A stretch of 64,000 nucleotides of DNA from an uncultured Pseudomonadota bacterium (GCA_963770835.1 CAVYRH010000004.1:320001-384000), one strand, 5' to 3'; counted from the first letter of the stretch, positions 9,707 through 19,879 are shown. The notes: generated from the letters alone by a model not told the origin. Made by a program: numbers and translations.

Positions 9707-10351
9707 ATGAAATTCGACGTCGGCCAAATCCCCAAGCGCACGACCTACAACCTCATCAACGGCCTGGTGGCCCCGCGCCCCATCGCGCTGGTCACCAGCC
9801 TGGGCCCGGGGAATAAGCTCAACGCCGCGCCCTTCAGCTCCTACAACTATCTCTGCCTGGACCCGCCCATCCTGGGCTTCGGGGTGGCCGCCCCGCCCGC
9901 CGGGAAGGACTTGAAGGACACGGCCCGCAACATCGAGCAAACGGGCGAATACGTGGTGAACGTGGTGACGGAGGACATCGGGCGGCAGATGAACATCTGC
10001 GGTGTTGATTTTCCCGCCGAGGTGAGCGAGGTGGAAATGGCGGGCTTCACCCCCGAGCCCTCGACCGTGGTCAAGACGCCCCGCATCAAGGAAGCCCACG
10101 CCGCGCTGGAATGCCGGCTTTACCAAATGCTCAAGCCCGGCCCCGGCGAGGCCCGCATCGTGCTGGGCAACGTCGTGGCCATCTTCGTGGAGGACAGGTT
10201 CGTCGACCCCAAGGGGCCTTATATCCTGGCGAAAGAGCTTCATTCCATCGGCCGCATGAACGGCCTGAGCAACTACGTCCACACCCGGGACGCCTTTTAC
10301 GAGATCCAGCGGCTCAATTACGAGCTGTGGCAAAAGGGCGAGAGGGGTTAG
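9707..10351 (+). CDS. flavin reductase family protein (DIM6/NTAB-like)
   Basis: AAGGAG RBS; VAPRPIALVTS, NAAPFS, KDTARNI and ALECRL motifs. Confidence 0.9.
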   Translation: MKFDVGQIPKRTTYNLINGLVAPRPIALVTSLGPGNKLNAAPFSSYNYLCLDPPILGFGVAAPPAGKDLKDTARNIEQTGEYVVNVVTEDIGRQMNICGVDFPAEVSEVEMAGFTPEPSTVVKTPRIKEAHAALECRLYQMLKPGPGEARIVLGNVVAIFVEDRFVDPKGPYILAKELHSIGRMNGLSNYVHTRDAFYEIQRLNYELWQKGERG

Positions 10352-10354
10352 GCC

Positions 10355-11659
10355 TCAGGGGTAGTACATCACCGAGGCCTTGTTGCTGTTATTTTGGTCC
10401 GTATAGCCCACGTAGGGCGTCCCGTTATAAAAGGAAAGGGAAGTGTAGGGCGAGTTGCCGGGGGAAAAATCCGGCCGGCAGACGTCGGTCCAGGTGCCGG
10501 TCCCGGCGCCGCAGCCCGAGCATTCCTCCACGGTGGCGTTGCCCGCGTCGTTGCCGTCCCCATAGGCCACGTAGGGAATACCGTTATAAACCTGCAGGGA
10601 GGGGGCGTCGGCGAGGCCCGGGGAGAAATCCATATTGCCCACGGTCACCCAGGCGCTCCCGGTATATTCCATGACCACGGCCTGCTCGCCGTGGGAGTAA
10701 TCCTCGAAAGCCAGGTAGGGGTGTCCGGTCGTGCTGTCCACGCACAAGGAAAGTTGGGTGGCGTCATTGGTATAGAATTCCGGGGTCCCCACCGCCGCCC
10801 AGGACCCGGCCGCCGTGACGCAGCCGCTGCATTCCATCACTCCCGCGCCGCCGCCCGTCCCGTATTCGTAAGCCACGTAAAGGCTGTTGTTGTAGATCGA
10901 GAGCGAGGTGAAAGGGGATACCACGGTCGTGAAGCCTTCCCCGCCCACAGTGACCCAGCTGCCGGTTTTGTAGGCCATGACGGTGGCGTAGGTACCGTCG
11001 CTGTAATCCTCGAAGGCCACGTAAGGGGTTCCGTTGGCGACCTGCACGGAGGGAAAGCCGGCCCCGGCGGCAGTGAAGGCCGCTCCCCCCAACTCGGTCC
11101 AGGTACCCCCGATATCCTCGTATAAATAGCCGAGGGCGGTGTTGAGGTCCTCGTAGGCCAGGTAGGGCGTGCCGCTGGAGGGGTCCACGGCAAGCGAAAG
11201 CTTTTGCGCCGGACCGGCCGAGAAATCCGGGCTGCCCACGGTCGTCCAGGAAGTTCCGGTGTACTCCTCGACCACTGCCTTGCCCGAGAGGTCGGCGAAG
11301 CCCAGGTAGACGGCGCTGGCGTTGTAAGCGGAGAGGGAAGTGAGCGTGGCTTGTCCAGATGAAAAACCCGCGGGGCCCAGGTTGACCCAGCAAGTGGCGG
11401 TGGCCGTGGGCGTGGAAGAGGGCGTGGCGGTGGGGGTCCGCGTGGGGGTGGAAGTGGGCGTCGAAGTCGCCACAGTGCCCGTGGTCGTCGGGGTGGAAGA
11501 GGGGGTTGTAGTGGCGGTTTGGGCCGGCGTGGAGGTGGGGTTTCCGCTGGCGGGGTTGTTGGGGTTCGAGGGGGAGTTTTTGGCCGGGCAGCCGGACAAT
11601 AACGCCCCGCCCAGGATGACCGACAACAGTACTACCCCGCTGATGGACGTCCCTTTCAT
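10355..11659 (-). CDS. lipoprotein with Thr linker and about six ~50-aa beta-repeats
   Basis: Lipobox LLSG-C then PAKNSPSN; repeated WxxVGxxxFS...SL...GTPYVA(F/Y)xD...AxVMxY units. Confidence 0.8.
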   Translation of the reverse strand: MKGTSISGVVLLSVILGGALLSGCPAKNSPSNPNNPASGNPTSTPAQTATTTPSSTPTTTGTVATSTPTSTPTRTPTATPSSTPTATATCWVNLGPAGFSSGQATLTSLSAYNASAVYLGFADLSGKAVVEEYTGTSWTTVGSPDFSAGPAQKLSLAVDPSSGTPYLAYEDLNTALGYLYEDIGGTWTELGGAAFTAAGAGFPSVQVANGTPYVAFEDYSDGTYATVMAYKTGSWVTVGGEGFTTVVSPFTSLSIYNNSLYVAYEYGTGGGAGVMECSGCVTAAGSWAAVGTPEFYTNDATQLSLCVDSTTGHPYLAFEDYSHGEQAVVMEYTGSAWVTVGNMDFSPGLADAPSLQVYNGIPYVAYGDGNDAGNATVEECSGCGAGTGTWTDVCRPDFSPGNSPYTSLSFYNGTPYVGYTDQNNSNKASVMYYP

Positions 11660-11711
11660 GGGCCGCCTCCTTGAAATTTAAAATTCCGCCGAAGTTCCCC
11701 TCAGGCCGGGC

Positions 11712-12431
11712 CTATAAGCTCTTCATGACGTTGATAAACAAATTCTTTCCGGCGGTGGTCATCCCGGAGGGGTCGGTTTGGAATCCCCACAGGAAATAAA
11801 CGGTGCTGCCCGTGTAATAACTGGCCAGGGGGTAGTAACTGGTGGCGCTGGGATTCTGCCCGACGAGGGTCGTGCCGGCGGCCGGAGCGCCACCGTAATC
11901 TTGCTGGTGCAAACTGCTGGTAGCCGAATAGAGAGCGATGCTTCCAGATGTGGTAATGGCATTGGGATTGGACCAGATGCTGTTCGAGGGACTTACCGCG
12001 TTCACGGAAGTTCCCGAACTCCCTTCCGCGTTATTCCAACCGATTTCCGTAGCGCCCGCCGTATCAAAAAAATAGGCTCCTCCCGAATCGAGGCCCAATA
12101 CGGGCTTGTTGGAACTCTTGATGGCATTGACCAGCGTGGTGTTGCCCCAGGGCGAGCTGGAGGCCGAATCGTCGCTGATGATGATGACGCCGAAGGCACC
12201 GTAATTCAAACTGCCCACGCTGGCGACGGCGATGGCCGTGACGCCGTAACCGTTGGCGTCCAAGAGGGTCTGGAAATTCCCGGCGGCGGTGGTGTCGCTT
12301 CCGTAAAGGTAAAGCACCGAAGTGGGTCCGGAGGAGGAAGAAGGCGAGGAGGGGCTTTTACTGGGGCATCCGAGGGTGAAAAAGGAAGCTCCCGACAAAA
12401 CCGAAACAAGCGCCAGGACGCTTAACTTCAT
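11712..12431 (-). CDS. lipoprotein, hypothetical
   Basis: AAGGAGG RBS; lipobox FTLG-C then PSKSPSSP. Confidence 0.75.
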   Translation of the reverse strand: MKLSVLALVSVLSGASFFTLGCPSKSPSSPSSSSGPTSVLYLYGSDTTAAGNFQTLLDANGYGVTAIAVASVGSLNYGAFGVIIISDDSASSSPWGNTTLVNAIKSSNKPVLGLDSGGAYFFDTAGATEIGWNNAEGSSGTSVNAVSPSNSIWSNPNAITTSGSIALYSATSSLHQQDYGGAPAAGTTLVGQNPSATSYYPLASYYTGSTVYFLWGFQTDPSGMTTAGKNLFINVMKSL

Positions 12432-12588
12432 GAACGGCCTCCTTAAAATTTTCCGGATTAATCGGGGAGTGGGGCGGGGTGTTCTTTGGGTTTGCCGGGG
12501 CGTGGTGAATTGTTACGTATCCTACCCATCCACCCGCCGAATTACACCAGGGGTTTCCAAGTTTCCCGGGTATTTACCCTTGGGGCGG

Positions 12589-13527
12589 TTAGTTTTTCTG
12601 GAAAACCGCCACTTGGTAGCCGCCTTGATCCGTAACGTAGAGGTTGCCCGCGGAATCAAAGCCCATCCCGTCAGCAGCGATCCCCGTCGCGGTTCCGATA
12701 TGGGCGAGGAGCGAGCCCGAGGGGCTGAACATCTCAACGTCGCTCAAAGCGCCCCCGTCCAAATAAATGTTCCCCGAGGAATCCAGGGCAATCCCCGAGG
12801 CGCCGTTAAACGCGCTCGTGGAGAGCGTGATGGCCGACTGGAAAACCCCGTTGGCGTTGTAGATAAAGACCTTGCTGGCCTGCACGTCCGCCGCGTAAAC
12901 ATTGCCAGCGCGGTCCAGCGCCAGTTGATAGGGGCCCGAAAGGGCGCCCGGCCCGCTGTTGCCGAAAGTGGCGGAGGCCGTGAAGGTCTTGCTAGGGCCC
13001 GACCCGGCGATGGTGTAACGGAGGAGGCGGACGCCGGTGAGGTCCGAGACGTAGGCGTAATTGCCGTTCACGGCCACCCCCTCGGGGACGTCCGTTCCCA
13101 ACTCGGCCTTGCCGAAAGTGTTCGCCCAGGCGCCGGTGGGCGTGAATTCCGCCACCTGGTAGTTGCCCGAGTCCACCAGGTAAACCGAGCCGTCCGCCCC
13201 CACTCCCACCTGCCGGGGGCTGGTCACGGTGAAAGAGGAGTAGGCCGTGATGGTTTTCTTGAGGACCCCCAGCAAACCCCAGGCTTCAAGGGCGGTGCCG
13301 CCGCCGGTGTTCGAAACCCAGGCGATATCCCCCGAGACGGCCAAGCCCACGGGCTGGCTCATCACGCCGTTGCCGAAGAAATTTACGAAACTATAGGAAG
13401 GCGTGGAACCGCCTGAACTGGAAGCCGGGGTGGCGGGATTGACGTTCTTACCGCAGCCCTGGAAAACAGGAATAAGGGCCGCCAGCCCTAAGCAAGTCAT
13501 CCAACAGAAAATACTTTTGAAACGCAT
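12589..13527 (-). CDS. NHL-repeat lipoprotein
   Basis: AGGAG RBS; lipobox VFQG-C then GKNVNP; GIALDSSGNIY and FDSAGNLYVTD repeats; paralog of 44911..45819. Confidence 0.82.
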   Translation of the reverse strand: MRFKSIFCWMTCLGLAALIPVFQGCGKNVNPATPASSSGGSTPSYSFVNFFGNGVMSQPVGLAVSGDIAWVSNTGGGTALEAWGLLGVLKKTITAYSSFTVTSPRQVGVGADGSVYLVDSGNYQVAEFTPTGAWANTFGKAELGTDVPEGVAVNGNYAYVSDLTGVRLLRYTIAGSGPSKTFTASATFGNSGPGALSGPYQLALDRAGNVYAADVQASKVFIYNANGVFQSAITLSTSAFNGASGIALDSSGNIYLDGGALSDVEMFSPSGSLLAHIGTATGIAADGMGFDSAGNLYVTDQGGYQVAVFQKN

Positions 13528-13652
13528 AGGGTCTCCTGGTGCGCAATGGTTTCGGCGAAGGAATGGAATGTGAGAAGTATAGTGCGCGCTTCGGGCGAAG
13601 CAATATTTTCACCGTAAATTCGGGGAAAAGGGGAAACCACGAAAGTTTAGTT

Positions 13653-14603
13653 TCAGTAAGCGCTGGCTTGGTTGAGCTTTTTCACGGTCTCCGGCCCGAG
13701 TTCCAGGCGGGTACCCTCCAAGAGGTCGTTGAACTGGTCCAGGCTGGTGGCGCTGGCAATGGGCGCGGTGATACCCGGCCGGGCCATGACCCAGGCCAGG
13801 GCCACCCGCGCGGGGGTGGAACCCAGTTCCTTGGAAACCTCGTCCAAAGCGCCCAGGATGCGGAAGCCCCGGTCGTTCAGGTATTTCTTCATGCCCCCGC
13901 CCCGGGGGCTCTTGGCGAAGTCCGCCTCCGAGCGGTACTTGCCCGTGAGGAAGCCCGCGGCCAGCGAGAAATAGGGGATGACCCCGAGATGCCTTTCCCT
14001 CGCCAGGGGCTCCAGGTTTTTCTCGTAGTCCTCCCGGTCGTAAAGGTTGTAGTTGGGCTGCAGGCACTCGTAGCGGGGCAGTTTATTCCGGGCGCTGGTG
14101 TCCATGGCCGCCGCGAGCCTGTTGGCGGAGTAGTTGGAGGCGCCGATCACCCGAACCTTTCCTTCCTTCACCAACTGGGCGAAGGCTTCCATCGTTTCCT
14201 CGATGTGGCTGCCGAGGTCGTCCTGGTGGGCCTGGTAGAGGTCGATATGGTCGGTCCCGAGCCGTTTCAGGGAATCCTCCGCTTCCTTGAGGATATAGCT
14301 TTTGGACAGGCCCTTTTTCCCGTCTCCCATGTCACTACCCACCTTGGTCGCGATGACGGCCTTGTCGCGCTTGCCGCCTTGCTTCAGCCATTTGCCGATG
14401 ACGGTTTCGGACTCGCCACCCACGTGGCCTGGCACCCAGCGGGAATAGGTATCCGCCGTGTCGATCAGGTTGAAGCCGGCGTCAATGAAGGCGTCCAGGA
14501 TGCGGAAGGAAGTGGATTCGTCCGCCGTCCAGCCGAAGACGTTGCCGCCCAGGGCCCAGGGGGCTACTTGGACACCGGATTTTCCCAGCTCGCGCGTTTT
14601 CAT
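13653..14603 (-). CDS. aldo/keto reductase
   Basis: LGGNVFGW, IDTADTYS, IATKVG, LKRLGTDHIDLYQAH and SLAAGFLTGKY motifs; AAGGAG RBS. Confidence 0.93.
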   Translation of the reverse strand: MKTRELGKSGVQVAPWALGGNVFGWTADESTSFRILDAFIDAGFNLIDTADTYSRWVPGHVGGESETVIGKWLKQGGKRDKAVIATKVGSDMGDGKKGLSKSYILKEAEDSLKRLGTDHIDLYQAHQDDLGSHIEETMEAFAQLVKEGKVRVIGASNYSANRLAAAMDTSARNKLPRYECLQPNYNLYDREDYEKNLEPLARERHLGVIPYFSLAAGFLTGKYRSEADFAKSPRGGGMKKYLNDRGFRILGALDEVSKELGSTPARVALAWVMARPGITAPIASATSLDQFNDLLEGTRLELGPETVKKLNQASAY

Positions 14604-14772
14604 TTTGAGTTCTCCTTGAGGGTGGGCCAAAGGGGCCGATGGAAGCGAAGGTAACCCAAGGATTATGGGCGCTGGGCGCCCAAAATCAAAGGGTACCGAC
14701 TTCTCTCAAAGGGGCGCGAACTCCCGGATTGGGACCGGAGCGTAGGGAAAAAGACCTTCCCGGAAGCGTCCG

Positions 14773-15636
14773 TTAGCTGGCGATTTTATGTTCGGGCAGC
14801 GGTGCCGTTTCGGCCGGGGCGAACCTCAGGACGCTAGCCGCGAGGACCGTCGGGATATCCAGCAATTCGGTGATCCGGTCCTGAAGCTCCATGGATCCGA
14901 GCACGCCGGCGCGCACGGCGGGGCGTTGGACCTCCAGCTTGGCCTTGAGAACGTCCAGGACCTCGTCCACCACCAGCCCCACTTCCCCCCCGGGCGTGAC
15001 ATAAACGATCCTCTGCCGGTTTTGGCCCGGGGCCCGGCGCACCGGGGGCCGCCGGAAAACCAGCCGTCTTTCGGCCAGCATCTTGTTGATATCCACCAGG
15101 GGCATCCAGCGGCCCGGGGTGCCGTCGGGGCCCGTTTCGCCCGCCGCCGGTTCAGGGAAGGCTTCCAGGCGCATCACGTTGTCGAAGGGAATGGCCATGC
15201 GGCCGTCGTCCGGTGTGCGGAAGACGAGGGTTTTTTGGAGCCAGGGCAGGGGATTGAGGGGAAGGTGGCGCACTTGAGGGGAGGTGAGGGCCGGACGGAA
15301 CGGGTTTTCCATCCCGTAAGCCTGGATACCGGCGATTTCCTTGTGCAGTTCCTCGACCAGGTTCAAAAGAAAACCGAGGATGCGGGGCTGAGGATGAATT
15401 TCGTCCCTGTCCAACTGGCTCAGGATCATTTCGCCCGTGTGCGCGAGGCTCTCCAGTTTTTGGTATCCACGGGAGCCGGCGGTTAGGCGCAAGGCCCGCA
15501 TCGTGAAGTGCAATTCGTTGAAAGGCCGCGAGGGGCCGCCGTCCGAAAGGGCGGCCACCAGGCGCGGTTCCAAGCGGTCCAATAGTACGTAGCTTTCCGA
15601 GACAAAATCCCTGACTTCAGTCGAGGTCTTTTCCAT
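14773..15636 (-). CDS. degenerate CheA P1 (Hpt)-like domain fused to a CheW-like domain
   Basis: N-terminal DFVSES..LLDRLE...KLESLAHTGEMIL; C-terminal RMAIPFDNVMRLE...VGLVVDEVLDV...RITELLDI. Confidence 0.72.
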   Translation of the reverse strand: MEKTSTEVRDFVSESYVLLDRLEPRLVAALSDGGPSRPFNELHFTMRALRLTAGSRGYQKLESLAHTGEMILSQLDRDEIHPQPRILGFLLNLVEELHKEIAGIQAYGMENPFRPALTSPQVRHLPLNPLPWLQKTLVFRTPDDGRMAIPFDNVMRLEAFPEPAAGETGPDGTPGRWMPLVDINKMLAERRLVFRRPPVRRAPGQNRQRIVYVTPGGEVGLVVDEVLDVLKAKLEVQRPAVRAGVLGSMELQDRITELLDIPTVLAASVLRFAPAETAPLPEHKIAS

Positions 15637-15958
15637 GGTTGGTTCCTTCAATGCAATAGTGGGTCCTCCGCCGCTTTCAGGCGGCGGAACGAAAGGACAT
15701 GGGCTTATAGAATAGCAATAAACGGACCATGGAAAGACGCGCAAAAAGCCGTGAATAAACCGGGGGGGATTGGGTTGTTTTGACCCTGTGGGAAGTTTTT
15801 ACCCAGCGATAGGGTGCGCTTACCATGGCGTTGCGGAGTTAGATCGGGAGCTGTAAAAAGGGGTCCGTCGACTTATCCTTTTTTCCTCGGGGTTTCCCAT
15901 CTCCCTCGCGGTGCACCACTCCCCGTCAAAAAGTCCAAGGGTGGCACTAGACCCCCGG

Positions 15959-16396
15959 TTATTCTTTCTTCTTGAACCAGTTCTTTTCCAGGTAGCCGAT
16001 CAAGGCCCCGAGATGGGTAAGGTCAAAGGGTTTTTGCAGGCAGTCATCGGCCGTGGAAAATTGGGCTTTCATCATCACGTGGTGGTCTTCCGACCCGGTG
16101 AGGATCAATACCGGGATATCCCTCAGCAGGGGGTCTCCCTTGAGCGCCGAAAGAACCTCCCACCCGCTCTTATCGGGAAGGCCGAGGTCGAGCAGGATAA
16201 AATCGAAGGGAAAAAGGGCGCGGTGGGGGCCCTTGCTTCGCAGGAATTCCAGGGCCGATCCCCCCGTCGGTGCCACCGTGACGCGCACCTGGTTCTTAGA
16301 TCGCTCCAATGCGTCCCGGATCAGTTTGACGTCCGCGGGGTTGTCCTCGATGAAAAGGACCTCGAACTTCCGGCGGGATAACGCTTCCGTTCCCAT
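15959..16396 (-). CDS. single-domain response regulator (Rcp1-like)
   Basis: IEDNPADV, ILLDLGLP, IPVLILTGS and QKP motifs. Confidence 0.88.
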   Translation of the reverse strand: MGTEALSRRKFEVLFIEDNPADVKLIRDALERSKNQVRVTVAPTGGSALEFLRSKGPHRALFPFDFILLDLGLPDKSGWEVLSALKGDPLLRDIPVLILTGSEDHHVMMKAQFSTADDCLQKPFDLTHLGALIGYLEKNWFKKKE

Positions 16397-16405
16397 GCGC
16401 CCTCC

Positions 16406-16894
16406 CTAAGAAGCGGCCAGCACCGCGCCGGGCGGCAGGTCCAGCCGGAGTTCCTTGATCCAATTCTCCTCCAGGTAGTTCAGGAGGAGGTCGTAGTGGC
16501 GCAATTCCGCGGGCTTTAAAAGATAAGCGCTGACCCGGGTATGGTAGGCCCGCCACTTGTCCTCATCCTGGGCCGAGCCGGTGAGGATCAGGGTGGGAAT
16601 GCCGCTGAGGCGGCGGGAAGCCTTGATCTCAGCCGCGACCTCGTGCCCATTCTTCCGGGGCAGGTGGAGGTCCAGCAGGATGAAATCAGGCCTGGGCGCG
16701 GCAAGATAGGGTTTCCGGCGGCGCAGGAAATCCATGGCCTGCTCCCCGTCCTCGACGACGCTCAAGCGGATATCGAAACGGGAGCGCTTGAAAGTTTCCC
16801 TTAAAAGGCCCACATCGCCCGGGTTGTCCTCCGCGAGCAGGATTTCCACGGCCCTTAGCCCCGAGCGGGGGACCGGCTGTTGGATGGTTGGCAT
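16406..16894 (-). CDS. single-domain response regulator (Rcp1-like)
   Basis: AEDNPGDV, PDFILLDLHLP, LILTGS and LKP motifs; GGAGG/AAGGA RBS before ATG 16894. Confidence 0.88.
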   Translation of the reverse strand: MPTIQQPVPRSGLRAVEILLAEDNPGDVGLLRETFKRSRFDIRLSVVEDGEQAMDFLRRRKPYLAAPRPDFILLDLHLPRKNGHEVAAEIKASRRLSGIPTLILTGSAQDEDKWRAYHTRVSAYLLKPAELRHYDLLLNYLEENWIKELRLDLPPGAVLAAS

Positions 16895-17127
16895 GGGGTT
16901 CCTTTCCTCCCTCAAATAAAATACCGGCATCTTCCCAAACGGCCCCCGGAAGCGCGGGGACCTTGATTTAATTTTCGACCCGGAAATCCCCAAAAGGGAA
17001 GATACCCACTTAAGATTTAACCCTTAAATTTCAGGCCCTTGCGGTTTCCTTTTGGACGCAACGTTTTCGTAGGGGTGGGTTTCTCAAACGTTTTAAGGCG
17101 GAGGGGGAATTTTGCTTGTCAAAACCA

Positions 17128-17164
17128 CCCTCATCCCGCCCTTCTCCCCTCAAGGGAGAAGGAG
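17128..17164. repeat. REP-like intergenic palindrome
   Basis: CCCTCATCCCG-CCCTTCTCCC-CTCAA-GGGAGAAGG hairpin. Confidence 0.5.
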
Positions 17165-17291
17165 AAATAAACGGTAAAAAGCCTTTATCTTAGAAATGTA
17201 TGTGAAGGGATTAGTTCCGATTATTTATACAACCCGGCCTCGGCCGATTTATGATGGCATCCATCTGAATTCACGACGGGAAACTATTTAA

Positions 17292-17663
17292 ATGCTAGAA
17301 CTCCTCCAAAACTGCTTCACCTGGAAAGGCCGGCTAGGCCGGGCGGACTTTTGCGCCGGGATGCTGGGTTTGGGCATCGTGGTGACGGCTTTTATGGGAG
17401 TTTTTTGGGCCGATATTTATTTCCACAAGACCCCGACATTTTTTGGAATGGGAGTTCCTGGTTTTTTTGTTCTTTTCTTTCTCTTGTGGTTCTTGGGCGT
17501 CTTTATTGAAATTTCCCTCTTCATCCGCAGGTTCCATGACCTGGGCCGGCCCGGAATCCAGGCCTGGTACCTCCTCATTCCTTTCGTGGGCCTTTATTTC
17601 CTGGTCCTGCTCTTCTTCTTCAAAGGAGTGGAAGGCCCGCAAAAGAAGAAGATTTTCCCATGA
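17292..17663 (+). CDS. DUF805 domain membrane protein
   Basis: FTWKGRLGRADF and IRRFHDLGRPG...LLIPFVG signatures. Confidence 0.88.
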   Translation: MLELLQNCFTWKGRLGRADFCAGMLGLGIVVTAFMGVFWADIYFHKTPTFFGMGVPGFFVLFFLLWFLGVFIEISLFIRRFHDLGRPGIQAWYLLIPFVGLYFLVLLFFFKGVEGPQKKKIFP

Positions 17664-18316
17664 AATCCCGCCTCCTCGTGACTTGGGGTTTTGAATTCGG
17701 CGGTGCCTGCCTGGCCCTGGCGGCGGTGTTCCTGGTGCTTTACTTTGTTTTCCGCCAAAGCGACACCGGGAAGGGAAAGGCTAAGAAACCCATCCTCTGG
17801 CTCATCCTGAGCGCTTCGTCCTACCTCCTCGCCTTCGGGGGCCTGATCTTCATGATGATCGCCTATTTCCAGATGTTCATTCCCACAATGGGGGATTTCA
17901 GCAGCGTTTCATGGCAGGGCGGGAACATGACGGCGTCGAATGGGGATGGGGATTTTATGCTTTCGGACGAAACGGAATGTCTCGTCTCACAGAATGGCAA
18001 GCCCTACCACCAGGTCAGCTTCACGTTGAAAAGCGATTTTGATAAACCCGTCACCCTCCAGGCCTTCCAGGCCGTCAGCCGTATCGACGAAAAGGACTTT
18101 GCCGCTTATAGCGGCCCCATCACCCTGCCTTTCCTATTGGCGGCGGGGGCCAGCCAAAATATCGAGCTGCGGGGGGAGGTCACGGACCGCATCCGGGAAC
18201 ACACCACAAAGGAAGCCAAGGACGATTACGGCCTCACCGCCTACCTCACGGTGGTCACTTCGGAAGGCAAATTGCCAGGCATCCCCCTTCATTTCCCCGA
18301 CCAGCCCTGCAAGTAA
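17660..18316 (+). CDS. membrane-anchored hypothetical protein
   Basis: ATGA overlap with the DUF805 gene; two TM segments then a soluble domain. Confidence 0.7.
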   Translation: MKSRLLVTWGFEFGGACLALAAVFLVLYFVFRQSDTGKGKAKKPILWLILSASSYLLAFGGLIFMMIAYFQMFIPTMGDFSSVSWQGGNMTASNGDGDFMLSDETECLVSQNGKPYHQVSFTLKSDFDKPVTLQAFQAVSRIDEKDFAAYSGPITLPFLLAAGASQNIELRGEVTDRIREHTTKEAKDDYGLTAYLTVVTSEGKLPGIPLHFPDQPCK

Positions 18317-18334
18317 CAACCGAAGGAGACCGCG

Positions 18335-19180
18335 ATGAAACCGAAAAGTTCCAAAACCTCCCAAGTGGCCGTGGCGGTCATCCATGGGATGGGAGTCCGC
18401 GACCCCCATTTCGATGAGGGCCTGAAGCAAGGTGTTTTCACCGAAATTCAAAAAGAAGGGCTGGGCCCCCAAAACATCCACTGGAAGCCCATTTACTGGA
18501 AGCCGGTGATTGAAAAAGCCGAGGATGACTATTGGAACCATATCCAAGCCCCCCTCAAAGCGGACGTTTGGAACGGGTTGAGATACTTCGTGGTGAACGC
18601 CTTGGGGGACGCGGCGGGTTATCACGGCACCAACAAGAAGGGCCATTCCGCCACCTACCACGCGGTGCAAGGAGTCATCCGCAAGGACATCCGGGCGCTA
18701 TCCCAAACGGCGGGCGGGAATTGTCCCCTGATCGTGATGGCCCATTCCCTGGGCGGCATCATGATCACCGACTACATCTGGGACATCCAAAACCCAGCGA
18801 AGAAAAAATACGTCAAGTTAAAGGGCCTGAGCGCCTTTGAAAAGTTCGAGACCCTCGCAGGAGTAGTCACCTTCGGGAGCAACATTTCCCTCTTCACCTT
18901 CGCGTATAATCCGGTCCAACCCATCGAATTTCCCTACGGCCTCTACGGGAAGGACCCCCGGTGCCAATGGCTGAACTATTACGACCCCAACGACGTCCTG
19001 GGGTTTCCGCTGAAAGGGCTGAACAAGGATTACGCGAAAACCGTCACGAAGGATATCCAGGTGAAAGTGGGGGGCATTCCACTCCAGTGGACTCCGATAA
19101 GCCACCTCCGTTATTGGACGGACCCGGCTTTCGTCAAACCGGTCAGCGGATTCATCGCCCGGTTTTTGAGGTCCGAATAA
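18335..19180 (+). CDS. alpha/beta-hydrolase-fold protein
   Basis: IHGMG, AHSLGG nucleophile elbow, VTFGS, YDPNDVLG and SHLRYW motifs. Confidence 0.78.
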   Translation: MKPKSSKTSQVAVAVIHGMGVRDPHFDEGLKQGVFTEIQKEGLGPQNIHWKPIYWKPVIEKAEDDYWNHIQAPLKADVWNGLRYFVVNALGDAAGYHGTNKKGHSATYHAVQGVIRKDIRALSQTAGGNCPLIVMAHSLGGIMITDYIWDIQNPAKKKYVKLKGLSAFEKFETLAGVVTFGSNISLFTFAYNPVQPIEFPYGLYGKDPRCQWLNYYDPNDVLGFPLKGLNKDYAKTVTKDIQVKVGGIPLQWTPISHLRYWTDPAFVKPVSGFIARFLRSE

Positions 19181-19300
19181 AACTCACCGGTCGATGGTCA
19201 CCATGATCCAATCGGCATAACGCTTTCCCGAGACCTTAAAACCAAGGGGATGGGCCCAGAGGTTGCCAGGAAATAAGGGAAAGAATTCAGGTATGAAGGA

Positions 19301-19867
19301 TTACTTTTTCTTAAAGCCGCTATGGGCCAGCTCCTCGGGTGACAGGTCGGGAAACACATCGTCCGAGGTGAAAGGCTCCCCGTCCGGGCCCCGGCCCAAG
19401 AGGTAATAACCCGCCCCATCCGGGGTCTTCTCGTAATAAAACAGATGGGCCTTCATGCTATTCGGAAAACCGCCGGTTTGGTCGAGGAAGCTCACCATGC
19501 CTCCCGCGAAAGGGCGCTTGGCGTCCGTGAGGTCCTCCAGCTTGTCCGGATATTCCCCGTGGACCTGGTGGTAAAATTCCAGCTCCATCACGCATTGGCG
19601 CAGGTTGCCCTTGGCCATTTGCTGTTGCATGTCGCTCATCATGTTGTTCTTGCCGGTAAACATGAAAAGGAAGAGGGCGCCGTAAAGACAGACGGTCACA
19701 AGGATGCCCCCCACGCCCAGGAGCACCACCTTCCAACCCCCGGACTTGAATTTCAGGGCCCCCAGGACGATGGAAATGATGCCCAGCAAGACACCAATAA
19801 AGGGAATGAAGGACAAGAAACCCAGGAGGTACTCGACCGCTGTTACGTTCGAACTATCTTTTGCCAT
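19301..19867 (-). CDS. DUF4190-like membrane protein with pseudopilin/GspG-like C-terminus
   Basis: Two N-terminal TM helices; LEFYHQVHGEYPDKLEDL and YYLLGRGPDGEPFTSDD. Confidence 0.65.
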   Translation of the reverse strand: MAKDSSNVTAVEYLLGFLSFIPFIGVLLGIISIVLGALKFKSGGWKVVLLGVGGILVTVCLYGALFLFMFTGKNNMMSDMQQQMAKGNLRQCVMELEFYHQVHGEYPDKLEDLTDAKRPFAGGMVSFLDQTGGFPNSMKAHLFYYEKTPDGAGYYLLGRGPDGEPFTSDDVFPDLSPEELAHSGFKKK

Positions 19868-19879
19868 TCCCGCCCCCAG

